Below are positions 36,481 to 48,900 of a stretch of DNA of 64,000 bases, piece after piece (within the stretch, counting starts at the first letter, position 1; each line of letters opens with the position of its first letter). Made by a program: the position numbers and the translations under genes. Under the pieces are notes generated by a model that searched no databases, was not told the origin of the DNA, and worked only from the letters and a program-made list of their open reading frames with translations. Source of the stretch: Callorhinchus milii (Eukaryota); assembly GCF_018977255.1 (NCBI RefSeq), contig NW_024704742.1:71426001-71490000 (forward strand). Reading direction: 5' to 3'.

Positions 36481-37873
36481 GTCCCGTCCCCCCACACACA
36501 CTCGCATGCACTGCTCACTCTCTGGTACTGTTCTTGTAAAAGCCCTTGATATGTTATGAATACGTTATATGATTTTCTTGCCACTCAGCTCCCATTATCT
36601 CTGGGACAAGCTGTGGGAAAGCTTACCAGACAGCGATATCAATGGCAAGCTGTGTGGTTTTAGCTGGTTAGACTCCAACGCACACTCTGGGGCCACCAAG
36701 TTTTGGCTCTTGCCAACCTATAATTTGGTCACTCAAGCCACGACTGTTTGTGGGGAGCTGTGCTGTGCGCAATTGGCTGTTACATTTCGCCCACAAAATA
36801 TAGTCAATTCACTTTACAGTATACTCTGTGAAGCACTTTGAGACATCTCGAAGACGTGATAAGGAGCTATACCAAGTGCAAGGATTATTATTATTATTAA
36901 CCTGCGCCTAATTCTCTCAAGAATTAGGTAAGCAGGATGCTTCCCTCCAGGGAGAGAGTGCGCATCCCATTCCAACAACGTATCTCTGGGATTTCCATGT
37001 GTAGGTGGGATACATGGAATTCTCCGTTTGGTTAGGAGACTCTTAAGCATGGGGATGGGTTTCCACATGTGTCAGACACACGACTGATCAAAATAAATAT
37101 ATCTCTGAGTATATGTGTGTATTTCTCAACAGTTGTTGAGAGGTAACCGGCTGGTGTGAGCTGAGGAGCTAGTGATTTTGATAGCAGTCTCGAGGGTTAT
37201 TTATAACGTTTGAGGCTGGGTGTCTGGCGAGGAGGGAGTTGAGGTCACAATTGCCTACAGTTGGCAATGCTGATGCCAGGCAGCAGTGGGTCAGTGCCAG
37301 GCGAGGAGGTCAAGGAAGAACAGCTACGTATCATAACTCCCCCCAAGCCCCCCCAAGGCCCGAAGACCCTGAGATCCGGAGGCAGCCAGGAAGCAGATTC
37401 CCAGCCAACCTCTGATTCCCAACAACTCCAGAGGTAGAGTGTTGTCAAAGATGGGAAGATGTGTGTCTCAGCCTGGCTTAGCCATCAGCGCTCTCGCCTC
37501 TGAGTCAGGAGGTTGTGGGTTCGAGCCCCAGTGAGGAGCGAGCACCAGCACAGACGCAATGGGGGGAGAACAGGGAATAGGATTAGAGTTGAGAGCTCCA
37601 GTGGGGGAGCGAGAAACAGCACAGACACATTGGGGAGACTTGGCTCCTGTGCTGTAATTTCTATGAATTATGAAGCTGCTGATGCTGGTTTCTGGAACTG
37701 TGTGTTAACTATTCCTCTCTCTCTACTTATCTCTATCTTTGTCTGTCTGTCTGTCTCTCTCTCTCTATCTCTGCTCTTGTCCCTGTCTATGTCTATGTCT
37801 CTCTTTCTCTGCCTCTATTTCTCTGTGTCTCTCCATTTTTCCCTCTGTTATCAATTTGTCTCCCTCCCATTGT

Positions 37874-37905
<32 letters not shown>

Positions 37906-38056
37906 GTCTTTATATATATATCTGTTTCTCTATCTCTGTCTCTCCGGTCTCTCCCTCTATCTGTTGTCTCTCTTTGTTGTCTTTCTCTGTCTTTCTCTCT
38001 CACACACACTCTCTCTCGCTCACATACACTCTCTCTAACTCTCACTCTCTGAGTAG

Positions 38057-38263
38057 ATCCCAAACATCGACGCACGAATCCCCACCACCTACATGGATCA
38101 CTACAGAGGAAACTGCCTGCCCCCTGTCAGACCATGTATCGAGTACTGCAAGCCTCATATGAACGAGTACACAGCTTGTATGGACCGTTACAACAACTAT
38201 CGCTCGGAGCCGTGTGGCTACCAGATCTGCCCACAGACCTCTTGCACGTACGACACTAACAGG
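38057..38263 (+). CDS. Unnamed Mn-motif gene exon (IPNIDARIPTTYMDHYRGNCLPPVRPC...TYDTNR)
   Basis: Long pyrimidine tract plus gagtag acceptor, 207 nt, donor gtgggt. Third motif TTYMDHY; Cys/Tyr-rich. Confidence 0.8.
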
Positions 38264-38742
38264 GTGGGTTCAACCGCTCGCTCCCCTTCTTTCTCTCTCT
38301 CTCTCCCCGGATCGATCCCCACAGTGCTCTCAATGGCAAGCTATGCGGTTTTAGCTGGTTAAACTCCAGTAGTTACCCCAACACACACTCTGGGCTCAGC
38401 CAAGCCTTGGCTCTTGCCAACCTGGGTCTAATCTGCTGTGCGCAATTGGCTGCTTTGGTTACTCCTCAACCTCCGTGGGTTCTCTCTCACTCACAGACCA
38501 GTGCGCAATCTAGGCATCCGGTTTGACCCCAGTTGTCTTTCCTCCCCCACATCCATTTCCTGACCAGGGCAGCCTTCTTCCACCTCCACCATATTGCCCA
38601 CCTCCGACCGTACCTTACCCCAAATGCAGCCGAAGCCCTTTGGTGTGATAAGGTGCAGTATCAATATAGGGATTATTGAAGTACAGGTGTGTTACTCTCA
38701 CCTGTACTGTGTATATCTCACCTGTATCTATGTTAATCTCAG

Positions 38743-38820
38743 GCTGCTGAGGATGCTCTGGCTTGCTTCCGGTATAAGAAATGTTTGGACAGTCTGTTCG
38801 GGGCCTCACCAATAGCTGAG
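38743..38820 (+). CDS. Unnamed Mn-motif gene exon (AAEDALACFRYKKCLDSLFGASPIAE)
   Basis: Acceptor tctcag, 78 nt, consensus donor GAG|gtaagt, open in phase 0. Confidence 0.72.
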
Positions 38821-39625
38821 GTAAGTCAGAAAGTGATCAGGGCTTCAGCCTTTCTATTCCTTCTCCTGGAGCTCCTTTACCACATCGCCACCCCAGCCTC
38901 CTTCAAGGTCCATTTTAAGACCTTCCTGAGGAGTACTGTAGTTTAGTGGTTAGAGCACTTGCCTCACAAGCAAGAGGATTCAGGTTCGCTTCCCAGGCAG
39001 GGCGAAACTGTAGGCAAGTTTCCTTACTCCACACTCCTCTGTTTACCTAGCAGTAAGTAGAAACCAGGTTGTTAGTCGATTAAGGGGATTATTTTCTGGG
39101 AATAATAATCCCTTCAAGAAATAATGTGATCACTCAATCCACAACTGTTTGTGGGTCACTGCTGTGCGCATTTGGCTGCCAGGTTTCACCCACAAAATAT
39201 ACAGTTACAGTCTACAATATAGTCTGTGAAGCACTTTGGGACGTCTTGACAATGTGATAAGGCGCTATATCAAATGTAAGGATTTTTATTATTATTCCTC
39301 TTTGACCACACCTTCGAACATCTCTGCTCCCAATATTCCCTCAATATTCCCACCCTAACTTGGTTGCAAACCCTGTAATGTCCGTTGCCCTGAACATCCC
39401 ACCGATGTGAAAGGCACTGATTTTACCTATGAAACACGCAGTCACTACTCTTTACAGTGGTCCTGTGCAGCACTTTGATATATCTTTCTTCTCAGAGATA
39501 TCAAAGCTCTGGCAGGGGGAGGGGGGGCAGGGTCACGGGGTATGTGGAGAAGGGGCTGAATGGCCTTGTGCCACTCATACTCCCCATCACCTGAGAGCTA
39601 ATAACCTTTTTCTCGTTGTTCACAG

Positions 39626-39677
39626 CAAGAGAAATATCCCCCTGAGGAGACGTTTACTAGACCCTGTACATTCAAAG
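39626..39677 (+). CDS. Unnamed Mn-motif gene exon (QEKYPPEETFTRPCTFK)
   Basis: Acceptor ttcacag, 52 nt, donor AAG|gtgatc, phase 0 to 1. Confidence 0.62.
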
Positions 39678-40134
39678 GTGATCGATTTACACTTAACCTT
39701 ACTGATCAAATACTTATCCACACTCCAACACACTCTCTCTCCTCTCACATTTACACTCTCTCTCCCGGTCTCACACACTCCCCCCCCCGCCCCGCACCAC
39801 TCTCCTTTCACACTCTTCCCCTCCTCCTCTCTCTCCTCTCTTCACACTCTTCCCTCTCTCTCTTCCCTCTCTCTCGCTTTCTCTCTCTCTCACACACACA
39901 CACGTTATTCCCTCTCTCTTTCTCTCCCTTTCTCCTCTCACACTCTTCTCGCTCTTCTCACACTCTTCTCTCTCTGTCTCCCCCCCTTTCTCTTCACTCT
40001 CCTGTCTTCACACTCTTCTCTCTCTCCTCTCACACTCTTCCTTCTTGGAGATGTCTCAAAAGCCTTGTTCTATATAAATTGCTAAACAGGATTCAAAAAG
40101 TAAACCCAGATCAATACTTTCAGATGCACGAAGA

Positions 40135-41060
40135 CAACAACAACAACAAGATTACATTTGTATAGCGCCTTTCACGTCGGGAGGACGTCCCAGGGCACTA
40201 GACAGAGTACAGCATTTCAAACCTGAGCTGGGGTCGGGGGGGGGGGGTGGAAGGGAGGAGAGGGGAAGGGGGGTGATCAATGGCATGGTCAAAGAGGTGG
40301 GTCTTGAGGCAGGACTTGAAGGAGGCTAAGGAGAGGGCGAGACGGAGTGACTGGGGGATGGAGGTTGGGGGCAGAGTGGCTGAAGGCTCTCCCACCAATG
40401 GTGGGACGGGTGGGTCGGGGGACGTGGAGCAGGCTGGAGCCGGCTGAGCGGAGGGAGCGGGCAGGTTGGAAGGGGGTTAGGAGGTCGCAGATGTAGGGTA
40501 AGGCGAGGCCATGGAGGGCTTTGCAGGTGAGGACCAGGATCTTGAACTGGATCCTCTGAAGGATAGGGAGCCAATTGGAGTCAGGCGAGAATGGGGGAAA
40601 TGGGGTCACAGAGTTTGGTGTGGGAGAGGACACGGGTTGCAGAGTTCTGGATTATCTGCAGCCTGTGGAGGGAGGAGTTGGGAAGGCCGACAATCAGGAA
40701 GTTTGCATAGCCGAGCCTGGAGGTGATGAAGGCATGAACAAGAGTTTCAGCGGCCTGAGGGGTAAGGTAATGGTGGAGTCGGGCGATGTTACGGAGGTGA
40801 GGGAAGGCAGAGTGGGTCATGGCTTGGATGTGGGGAAGAAAAGACAGTTGAGGGTCGAACAAGACACCGAGGTTCCTGACTGGCGGTGAGTTGAAGTGTG
40901 CAACCATGGAGGTTGATGCTGCCGGAGCCTGAGGTGCTGAGGCGCTGGTGTGAGCCAATCAGGAGGGCCTCAGTCTTGTTCACATTCAACTGTAGGAAGT
41001 TTGCTCTCATCCAGGACTTGATGTCTGACAGGCAGTCTGTCAGCACAGCAGAGGTCCTGG
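40135..41060 (-). mobile_element. L2-clade LINE 3' fragment
   Basis: DCLSDIKSWMRANFLQLNVNKTE, VRNLGVLFD, WLPILQRIQFKIL. Confidence 0.9.
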
Positions 41061-41928
41061 AGGTGACAATGGAACAAGAGGACACAAGTTTAGAGATGTA
41101 AAGGGGGCAATATCAGGACAGACACCAGGAAGTGTTTCTTTACCCAGAGGGGAATTAATGAATGGAGCAGGATTACCAAGAAGGGGGGTTGAGGTCAGGT
41201 CACTGGGACTTGTTTACAAAGCAGCTCGATGCTGTGATGGGGGAACGGTAGTGAAGTGTTCTGCAGGAATGAGATCAGCTGGGCCGAAAGGTCTTCTTCA
41301 TCTGAATCTCTTCAGATCTTTTGTTCTCTGCTCTCCCCTCACTTTTTCCCTCTCCTTCTCTGACTCTTGCACTCTATCTCTCTCACTCTGTCTTGCTCCG
41401 GGACCTGACCCGACGTGAAGGGCGCTATATAAATGGAAGTTGTTGACTTTCTCACTCCTCTCTCACTCTCACTCTGCCGGTCACTCTCTCTGTAGCGGTC
41501 TGTCTTTATTTTCTCTTTCTCTTACTCACCGTGGGTCTCTCATTCTTACTTTCTATCTCTTTCTCACTCTCACTTTGCCTTTGTCATACTCTGTCTTTCT
41601 CAACTCTTTCTCACACTTGCTCATTGACTGACTCACTTACAATCACTCTTTCTCTTTTTCTCTCACTCTCATCTGTCATTCTTTCCTTCCTCACTTACAC
41701 TTCTCTCACACTCATTACTATCTCTCTCACTGTTTCACTCTTTCTCTCACCCTTCCTCTCACTCTCTCTTGCACTCCCTCAGTCTCTTTCTCCCTTTGAT
41801 CTCTCCCTATACCATTGCCCTGTGTATGGGATGAGAATCAGACTTGCTGCCCAATGGATCTCTCTCTCTCTGAGTTGTTCTTGTCTATGGTTCCCCCGAT
41901 TTACATGCACTTTCTCCCCCCTCATAAG

Positions 41929-42039
41929 CTCCGAATATTCCGAACTGTATTGATTATGTTAAGAAATCATCCTCAATGGTCCGCATACCGGAGGGAGGAG
42001 TTAATAGGAAGCTGGAGGCGTGCTCCATATTCCCGACAG
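41929..42039 (+). CDS. Unnamed Mn-motif gene exon (APNIPNCIDYVKKSSSMVRIPEGGVNRKLEACSIFPT)
   Basis: Acceptor tttctcccccctcataag, 111 nt, donor CAG|gtcagt, open in phase 1 to 1. Confidence 0.62.
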
Positions 42040-43082
42040 GTCAGTATCCAGCTCCCAGCGGCGAAGGAGAGGAGAGGAACTGAGGATGCGGAGAGGAGAT
42101 GGAGGGGATAAGTGGGCTCAGTGAAGAGAAGACATATTTAAGTGCAAGGGGGCATCACCCTCTCAATGCCCCGACAGACAGAGAGAGAGGCTTGCAGATT
42201 GATCGACGTCAAAATCATTATTAATAAAAGAGTCTTTTATTAATAATAATTATATTCACAGGATCAGGAAATGTCTCCCCGTCACAACAGCTAACGTTTT
42301 ATACCCAGAGACCCACGGCCGCTAGATAAATGCAAGTTGTTGTTGGTGCAAAACCTTCACTGTCCAGCGACTGGGATGACCATTGGGAGTGAATTGTGTC
42401 AGGGATCTGCGGGGAGTGAGACAGGTGGATGGTTCATTTGGACTTTGGTTGAAGGAGGGAGTGTGGACTAGGGAAGTGGAGAGTAGGGGGTGGACTATGT
42501 AAACCAGGTGAAATCACATTGTGGGAAAATGGTGTCCCTTAATGTGTATGAGAATCACATGGCAGACTGCAGGGAAATGAATGTCTCAATAACAGCTCAG
42601 GGTCCCTGGGGTGGGCTCTATTTCTGACATGGCCACGCGTTTTATTGTGGATCGAGTCTCTCACAACATTTCACGGCTCCCAAAAATATTGTGACCACCA
42701 TCCCTTTGAATAGCTCAAAATGAGATCCATAATTAGGTTTGGATTGTGTGCGTGCGAGTGTGTGTTTGAGGGTGTGCCAGGGTATGAGAGTGAGTATGTG
42801 AGTGTGTCTGCATGCGAGAGTGTGTGTGTGTGATAGAATGTGTGCGAGTGTGTACCCAAGTGAGTGTATGAGTGTGTATCAGCATATGAGGGTCTGTGTG
42901 GGTCAGCATATAAGAGTGTGAAAGTGTACACGTCTGTGGGGAGTGATGTCACGATCTGTGTGTGAGTAGGGAAATGTGTGTGTCTGTGCAAGTGTAAATG
43001 CAATTTGCGAGTATGTGAATGTGACAGCCCGAACAGTTTGAAACAGACAGACTGGTAACTGTGTGGTTGTGTTTCCTCTTAG

Positions 43083-43209
43083 CACAAATGAGCCATATCT
43101 CAGGATTCCCATCCAACAAGGTGGACAGTCGCTACTGTCACTACCCTGGGCTGGTCGCCAACCCCTGTGACCCTTACATGCGTATGCCTCGCCGTTACTC
43201 TGAGTACAG
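43083..43209 (+). CDS. Unnamed Mn-motif gene exon (AQMSHISGFPSNKVDSRYCHYPGLVANPCDPYMRMPRRYSEY)
   Basis: Acceptor tttcctcttag, 127 nt, donor CAG|gtaagc, open in phase 1 to 2. Confidence 0.7.
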
Positions 43210-43594
43210 GTAAGCCGTCTGGCTGCTCCCCATGGGGATGTCTGACCTCTGTGACCTGCTAACACTGTATAGATCTGTCCGTTCCCTCTGCTCCAGCAGG
43301 CTCTGGCCTGCTCCACGTCCCCCGCCAATGGCAGTCGGGCCTTCAGCCTCTCTGGCCCCAACTCCATCCCACAGTTCTTTCGCCTTGCTCTCTCCCTTGC
43401 TTCCTTCAAGGCAGGTCTTGACCACGCCTTCGGTCACCCTCCTACCCATACCCTTCCTGGTCTCCACCTCTCCTGATCCCAACCTCCTGCTCGGGTCCAA
43501 ATCCCTGACTGTCCAGCACCTTGGAATGCCCTCCCGACGTGAAAAGTGCTGTACACATGTAATTTGTTACTGCTGTTGTTGAGAAAGGGGAGAA

Positions 43595-43956
43595 ATAATA
43601 ATTATCCTCGCATTTGATATGGTGCCTTATCATGTAGTTGAGACATCTCAAAGCGCTTCACAGAATATATTGTAAAGTGAATTGACTGTGTATTTTGTGG
43701 GCGAAATATGGCAGCCAATTGCACACAGCAGTGTCTCACAAACAGTTGTGGATTGAGGGACCAAATTTTTTTGGAGGAATTATAAACCCTGGACAGCGAT
43801 CCACCAACCGACTAACAACCGGGTTCCTACTTACTGCTAGATAATCAGAGGCGTTTGGAGAAAGGAAACTTGCCTAAGGTTTCGACCCGCCTGGGAATCG
43901 AACCCTGGCCCTCTCGCTTGCGAGGCGAGTGCTACTAACCATTACGCGATGGGACG
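43595..43956 (-). mobile_element. tRNA-derived SINE
   Basis: Reverse-complement copy of the same family with B-box ggttcgattcc. Confidence 0.87.
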
Positions 43957-44154
43957 CCACAGATATTATCACATCCTGTGATTGGGCCAAATTGACAAGG
44001 TGCCTGAGTGTCTCATTGGAAGGGTGGCCTCTCCAAACGTGTTCTGAGACAGTGCTGGTGGCAGAGACAATCGGCTGACAATGAGTCGACCTTGGCTGTT
44101 GTGTTTCTTTGACACTTATTATTAATATTGAGTTTTTTTGCTGTTCTCTTTCAG

Positions 44155-44224
44155 TCCCAGTTGTCGTCGGCTGGAAAGTGATAGGTCAGGATACTCAAAG
44201 CTTGAAAGAACAAACTATTGCTAA
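44155..44224 (+). CDS. Unnamed Mn-motif gene last coding exon (SPSCRRLESDRSGYSKLERTNYC*)
   Basis: Acceptor ttctctttcag in phase 2, TAA at 44222-44224, AATAAA at 44874. Total CDS 891 nt. Confidence 0.62.
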
Positions 44225-44314
44225 CAGGAGAGGGCGACATTACACAGGATCAGTGCAAAGGCTTCATGTTAACGGATCAGCGATACTTTAGCAATACCAC
44301 AGTTGTGATGCCCT

Positions 44315-44472
44315 GAACCAAACTCAACTCCATTCAACTCAAACCAACTGAATTCAACTAACTCTACCCAACCCACCTCAAACCAACCCAACTGAACCCA
44401 CCTCAAACCAATCCAACTAACCTCAAACCATCACAAGCTCAACCCAACCCACCTCAAACCAAACCAACTCTA
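44315..44472. repeat. (CAACC/CAACT)n degenerate pentamer repeat in the predicted 3' UTR
   Basis: Direct inspection. Confidence 0.8.
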
Positions 44473-44873
44473 CTCTCCCCTTCTTTACTGTTAACATCTA
44501 CCATCCAACAAATGACTTGACCTTACGAATACCAGTTGAAAGCAAGTATCACGCCAGACATTTCCCCCTAAAAGTACCACTCATCATTTACCTATGAGTT
44601 AAGCCATCCAACTTACCCATTATGTTTTACTAGTACTGTTCAGGTGTCACTTAAAACCTACACCTTATCAATATCATTACCATACTTGTACATCTGACGT
44701 CAATTGAGCTACTGCCTCTGATCCCAACCCAAAGCCATCAAGCCCTTGTGCTTGTTTCGCCACACCCACTCTCAAAGGAAACCTTTCCCATCTAGCAAGC
44801 AAACCCACATACTGACTCACACACACACACACAATGCAGCCACTATAATTGCTTATCTGTACTGATACTCAGA

Positions 44874-44879
44874 AATAAA
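44874..44879 (+). terminator. Candidate polyA signal of the Mn-motif gene
   Basis: AATAAA 650 nt after the predicted stop. Confidence 0.5.
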
Positions 44880-45919
44880 AGTGCAATGGAGACATTGGAG
44901 TAAGATGTCGCTTCATGTGGAAGGTTTGAGAATTTGGAAGGTAGCGCTCCATGAAGTCATCGATAATAATTCTTATCTGTGCTCTCAATGTCTCTCATAC
45001 TGTGTGGTTTTAGGTGGTTACCCCAACACACATTCTGGGGTCCCCAAGCCTTGGCTCACACCAACCTGTAATTAATATTCTTTAGAATTAAGTAAGTAGG
45101 GCGGGAAGGAGAACGAGAAAGAGAGAAATTGTGTGCGCGCGCATTATATTTTATACACTCTGCCCCCAACCTCTGGAATTCCATCCCCCAATCACTCCGC
45201 CTCACCCCCTCCTTAGCCTCCTTCAAGTCCCGCCTCAAAACCCTCCTCTTCGACCATGCCATCGGTCACCCCCCCTGCCTGACCCCAGCTCAGGTCTGAA
45301 ATGCTGTACTCTGTCCAGCGCCTTGGGACGTCCTCCCAACTTGAAAGGCACTATACAATATAATATTAATATATGATCTTGTATACACAGGGAAATTTCT
45401 ACATGTAGGTGACATACATGTGTGGAACTCTGTCTGGTTTGGATACTCGAAAGTAGTTATGGGTTTCTGCATTTGTCAAGACACCCGGCAGATCATGGTA
45501 ATGGGTTTCTGCATATGTCAACACACCCGGCTGATCGTAGTGATGGGTTTCCATGTGCATCAGGCACCAGCTGATCATGGTGATGGGAAAACTAGCCGAC
45601 TGTGAGGGTAGATTGAAGAACATTCCACAATTGTGAGTCGATGGTCCTGGGGCTGAGATTATGAAGAATTGCCAGACACATGCGTGTTTCCAGCATTTCT
45701 CATTCTTATATCCAATTTCCTGGGTCCTCCCAGGAAGCGGTTCCTAACTGGATTGTTCAATAAGATGACCTTCTTCTTGTTCCTGGAAGTAGACCAGGTC
45801 AACCAGCAGGAACTCTGGCTCTGAGGCAAGTAATGCAGAGCAGAGCTCCTGTGTCAGTCATAACTACAGCAGCCTTCTTTAGCGAAGAACTCAGCTGGAA
45901 AGTGCTGCGAGCAAGATAA

Positions 45920-48900
45920 CTTTTATTTCCTAACATTGACAGCTATGTATGTGTGTGTGTGGGAGGAGCACAATATGAGAAGAAGCAAGAGTAAAAACAT
46001 TTATTCACTACAGCTCACTCACCCAACACATAGCTCAAAGCCCACACAGGTGACCATTGTAAGCAGTCACGAAGACTATGTAGTTGAGGCTCATGTTAAT
46101 AAACCTCTAACATGGTTTGTGTGTGTTGGGGTGGGAGAAGGTGGCCAAGCAGAAAAAATTCCCACTGGGCATTTTTGTGAATTCCTCCAAAAATCAGCAG
46201 CTCATTGGGATGCAGTAACTTTTCACTCAAAACCATTGAAATGTGCTCAATCCTAACCTGCGCGGTCTCAAAACAGGCAGTACCGACCACGATGGGTGAG
46301 GGGGCACACAGGGAGGGGAGGGAGAGAATAGAGGCAGGAAGTGGATGGAGAGAAATTAAACCGAGTTCAATAAATATCAACTTGTAAGAGCCACTAATGC
46401 AGGTTTGCAATCACATCTCGTGGGGGGGGGGAGGAGCTATCCACCAGTGCGCCCCCCTTCCCCTCCCCAACCCCCCCCTAATTTCCCAATTCAGCTGTGA
46501 AATTCACGATTGATGCAAAAAATTCTGACTCCAGATGGGGAAGGAAGGGGCAAGGTGGAGGGTTTGAGGGAGTGTTCCAGAGCCTAGTGGCTGAAAATGC
46601 AGTCACCGATGGTGGAACAGAGGGCAATAGGGACAAGCTGCAATAGAAATAAGGGAAAATAAGAAATAATAGAAAGCCACAGGTGAGGACAAGTGAAGTT
46701 TTTAAAATATTTTTATTTAAATTGTTTTTTTCCTTTAATTTAGTGGGTTGCAGTTATTGCAGTAAATACCTGTGCTGTGTTTGAGATGCAGTTCATTACT
46801 TTGACAGTTCTCAGCCTCACAGTGTACATCAGCTGAAAACAAAGGGGTTCAGTTGGCCGGCAGAGACTGTGGTGGGGGACCATCAAACAAGAAACAGCAA
46901 AAAGCTTTGTGGAACCCATGACCGTCTCCAAGGGTTGATCCCACAAAGAATTTAACAGCGGAAATTATGTGATGTATGGGCATGGGGAGACACTCCTTTT
47001 AATCACCCGAGGATCTAACTAGCCCGCCTCAACCAGCAGTGATGGTGTCATGGTTTCACTGACAAGAAAAACGAAGTGTTCGGGGATGGGGAGAAGAGGT
47101 TGGAGTAAGTGAAGCTCATTTAAGCTCTCCCACCCCACCATCTTTGTCAAATGATGTTCTATAGGACACAAGTACTGTGTTGAGCACCAGCAAAGTGGAT
47201 AAATCCACATAGACGGCAATCTGCAACCTCTTTTTATTTGGGGGGGGAAGAGGAGAGAAAGAGTAGTCGGTATTCTCAGAGTTTGCAGTTGGGCCATCCG
47301 GTGTCACAGGCATGGGAGTGCTTGACACAGAGAAACATATATATTTTGGGATGAATAAAACAAGAGAAAGAGGAATTGGGCATCAGGACTCCCAGCACAG
47401 AAAATCCTTAAATCAAAATTAGCTCGAAAAAAACCCAGAGAAAACTATATATACACGTGCGACCAGAAAAACATGGCACAATAATGTGAACATCACCTCG
47501 GGTCTTGAAAGAAGCAACTCTCAGTCTGAAGGGTCAGTCAAGTCATACTGTGAGATTGAGAGACGAGCTGCCTCCCGAGTCCTCTGCTCACCCCCCCATT
47601 TCCTCCCAAAAAATAATCCCGCTTTTGCCTCGATCCGCAACACTGTTTCAGTCTTAAAAAAATGTAAAATTGCCGCAGAATTATGGAAAATTCTAAAGAA
47701 TCAGTCTTCGGCTGTGATGCTGCTTTTTGTTAATTTCAGAAACCCACCTTCCAAATTGACTCAAATGGGAGAATTTTCTGTGAAACATGAGGAAATGGTG
47801 TCGCGAGCTAAGGTTAGGTGGAATTCCGGGCCGCTGGTCTTTATGTGGTATCCAACCCCTCTCCCTTTAAGTGAAATGTCTTGCTCACAGCTTGATTTAC
47901 ACAGAGGAGAGGCTTATACACCAAAGACACTTATCACGAGCTTCACTGTTTGTGAGATTATGGAACTTGTGATGAAGTGTTTCTGTCCATTGAAGAGCAA
48001 GCACATAAATGTGCATAATCACAGCCAAGCCCGAGGCCCGCAATTCCTCCTGGTCTCAGCCCACAAAAGAACGTTCTTCGATTCAGTCTTCGATCTGAAA
48101 GAATTTCTTCCGATGCCCTGAAAAAGCCAGCTTCCAGACTAAGACTGGATTTGAGTTTTCTACAATCCAATACTGTTCTTACATTTTAAGACTAAAGGGG
48201 CTTGAGGCCTGAGGCGAGGGAGAAATTGCACCCCCGCTCCACGAAATTCCTCCTGTGCGAAAACAATCAGGATGGATGGATCACTGTTGATTCCCTCACG
48301 AGTGATCTGGTGAATGGGGGTGATTAGGGAGAAAGAGGTGGAAACTGAGGGAGTGTGAAAGAGAACAGGGCCCCACAATGGTGCATTTAACTAACCCACT
48401 GCTTGCGACCATTTCCTAAGGGCCGTTGAAGAGCCAGGAAAAAGCATGCGACTTCAACAGCACTGCTTGTCAGCACCTTTTTTNAATATTTTTTTTTAAA
48501 AAGTTCCATTTTATTCAGAACCAGCTTACTTTGGGTTTGGGTGGCGGTGGTGGGAAACAGAAGAGAAAAGGAGAATAATGAAACCCGCTAACTAGGTAAC
48601 TTACCAAATTCCAAAGCAATACGGTGCTCTTTTTCTATCAACACAAGCCCCCTCCCCATTTGATTTCACCCACTGAGAAACACACCAGGATTGTTCTGAA
48701 GGTCTGATTGGTGAGGGGGGAGGGGGGGGTGCAGACATAAGTGTGGCTCTGCTCTGGGGGACTGGAAGGGTACACGTGACAAGAGTTTCTTGACAATGGC
48801 TTCCAAGTGACGGCCGGGTTACTCTGTTCTGGGGGCAGTGAAAGGGAGGTTGCAAGGCAGATGGACCCTGCACTTAAACAGTACAGGAAATTTGAGACCC

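Noticed and set aside
37410..37416. In-frame TGA as selenocysteine
   Set aside because: Depends on a speculative micro-exon, and I could not identify a SECIS element.
41815..42111. 98-aa ORF as the coding frame of the exon near 42 kb
   Set aside because: Its phase does not match the flanking exons. The frame from acceptor 41928 fits both neighbours.
45455..45590. Short regularly spaced repeats resembling a CRISPR array
   Set aside because: Tandem copies of a retroposon terminal unit, no unique spacers, eukaryotic DNA.
47486..48121. 211-aa plus-strand ORF
   Set aside because: Non-ATG start, no recognisable motif, antisense within the probable PAIP2B 3' UTR.
48484..48484. Single N base
   Set aside because: Sequencing ambiguity in a T run.
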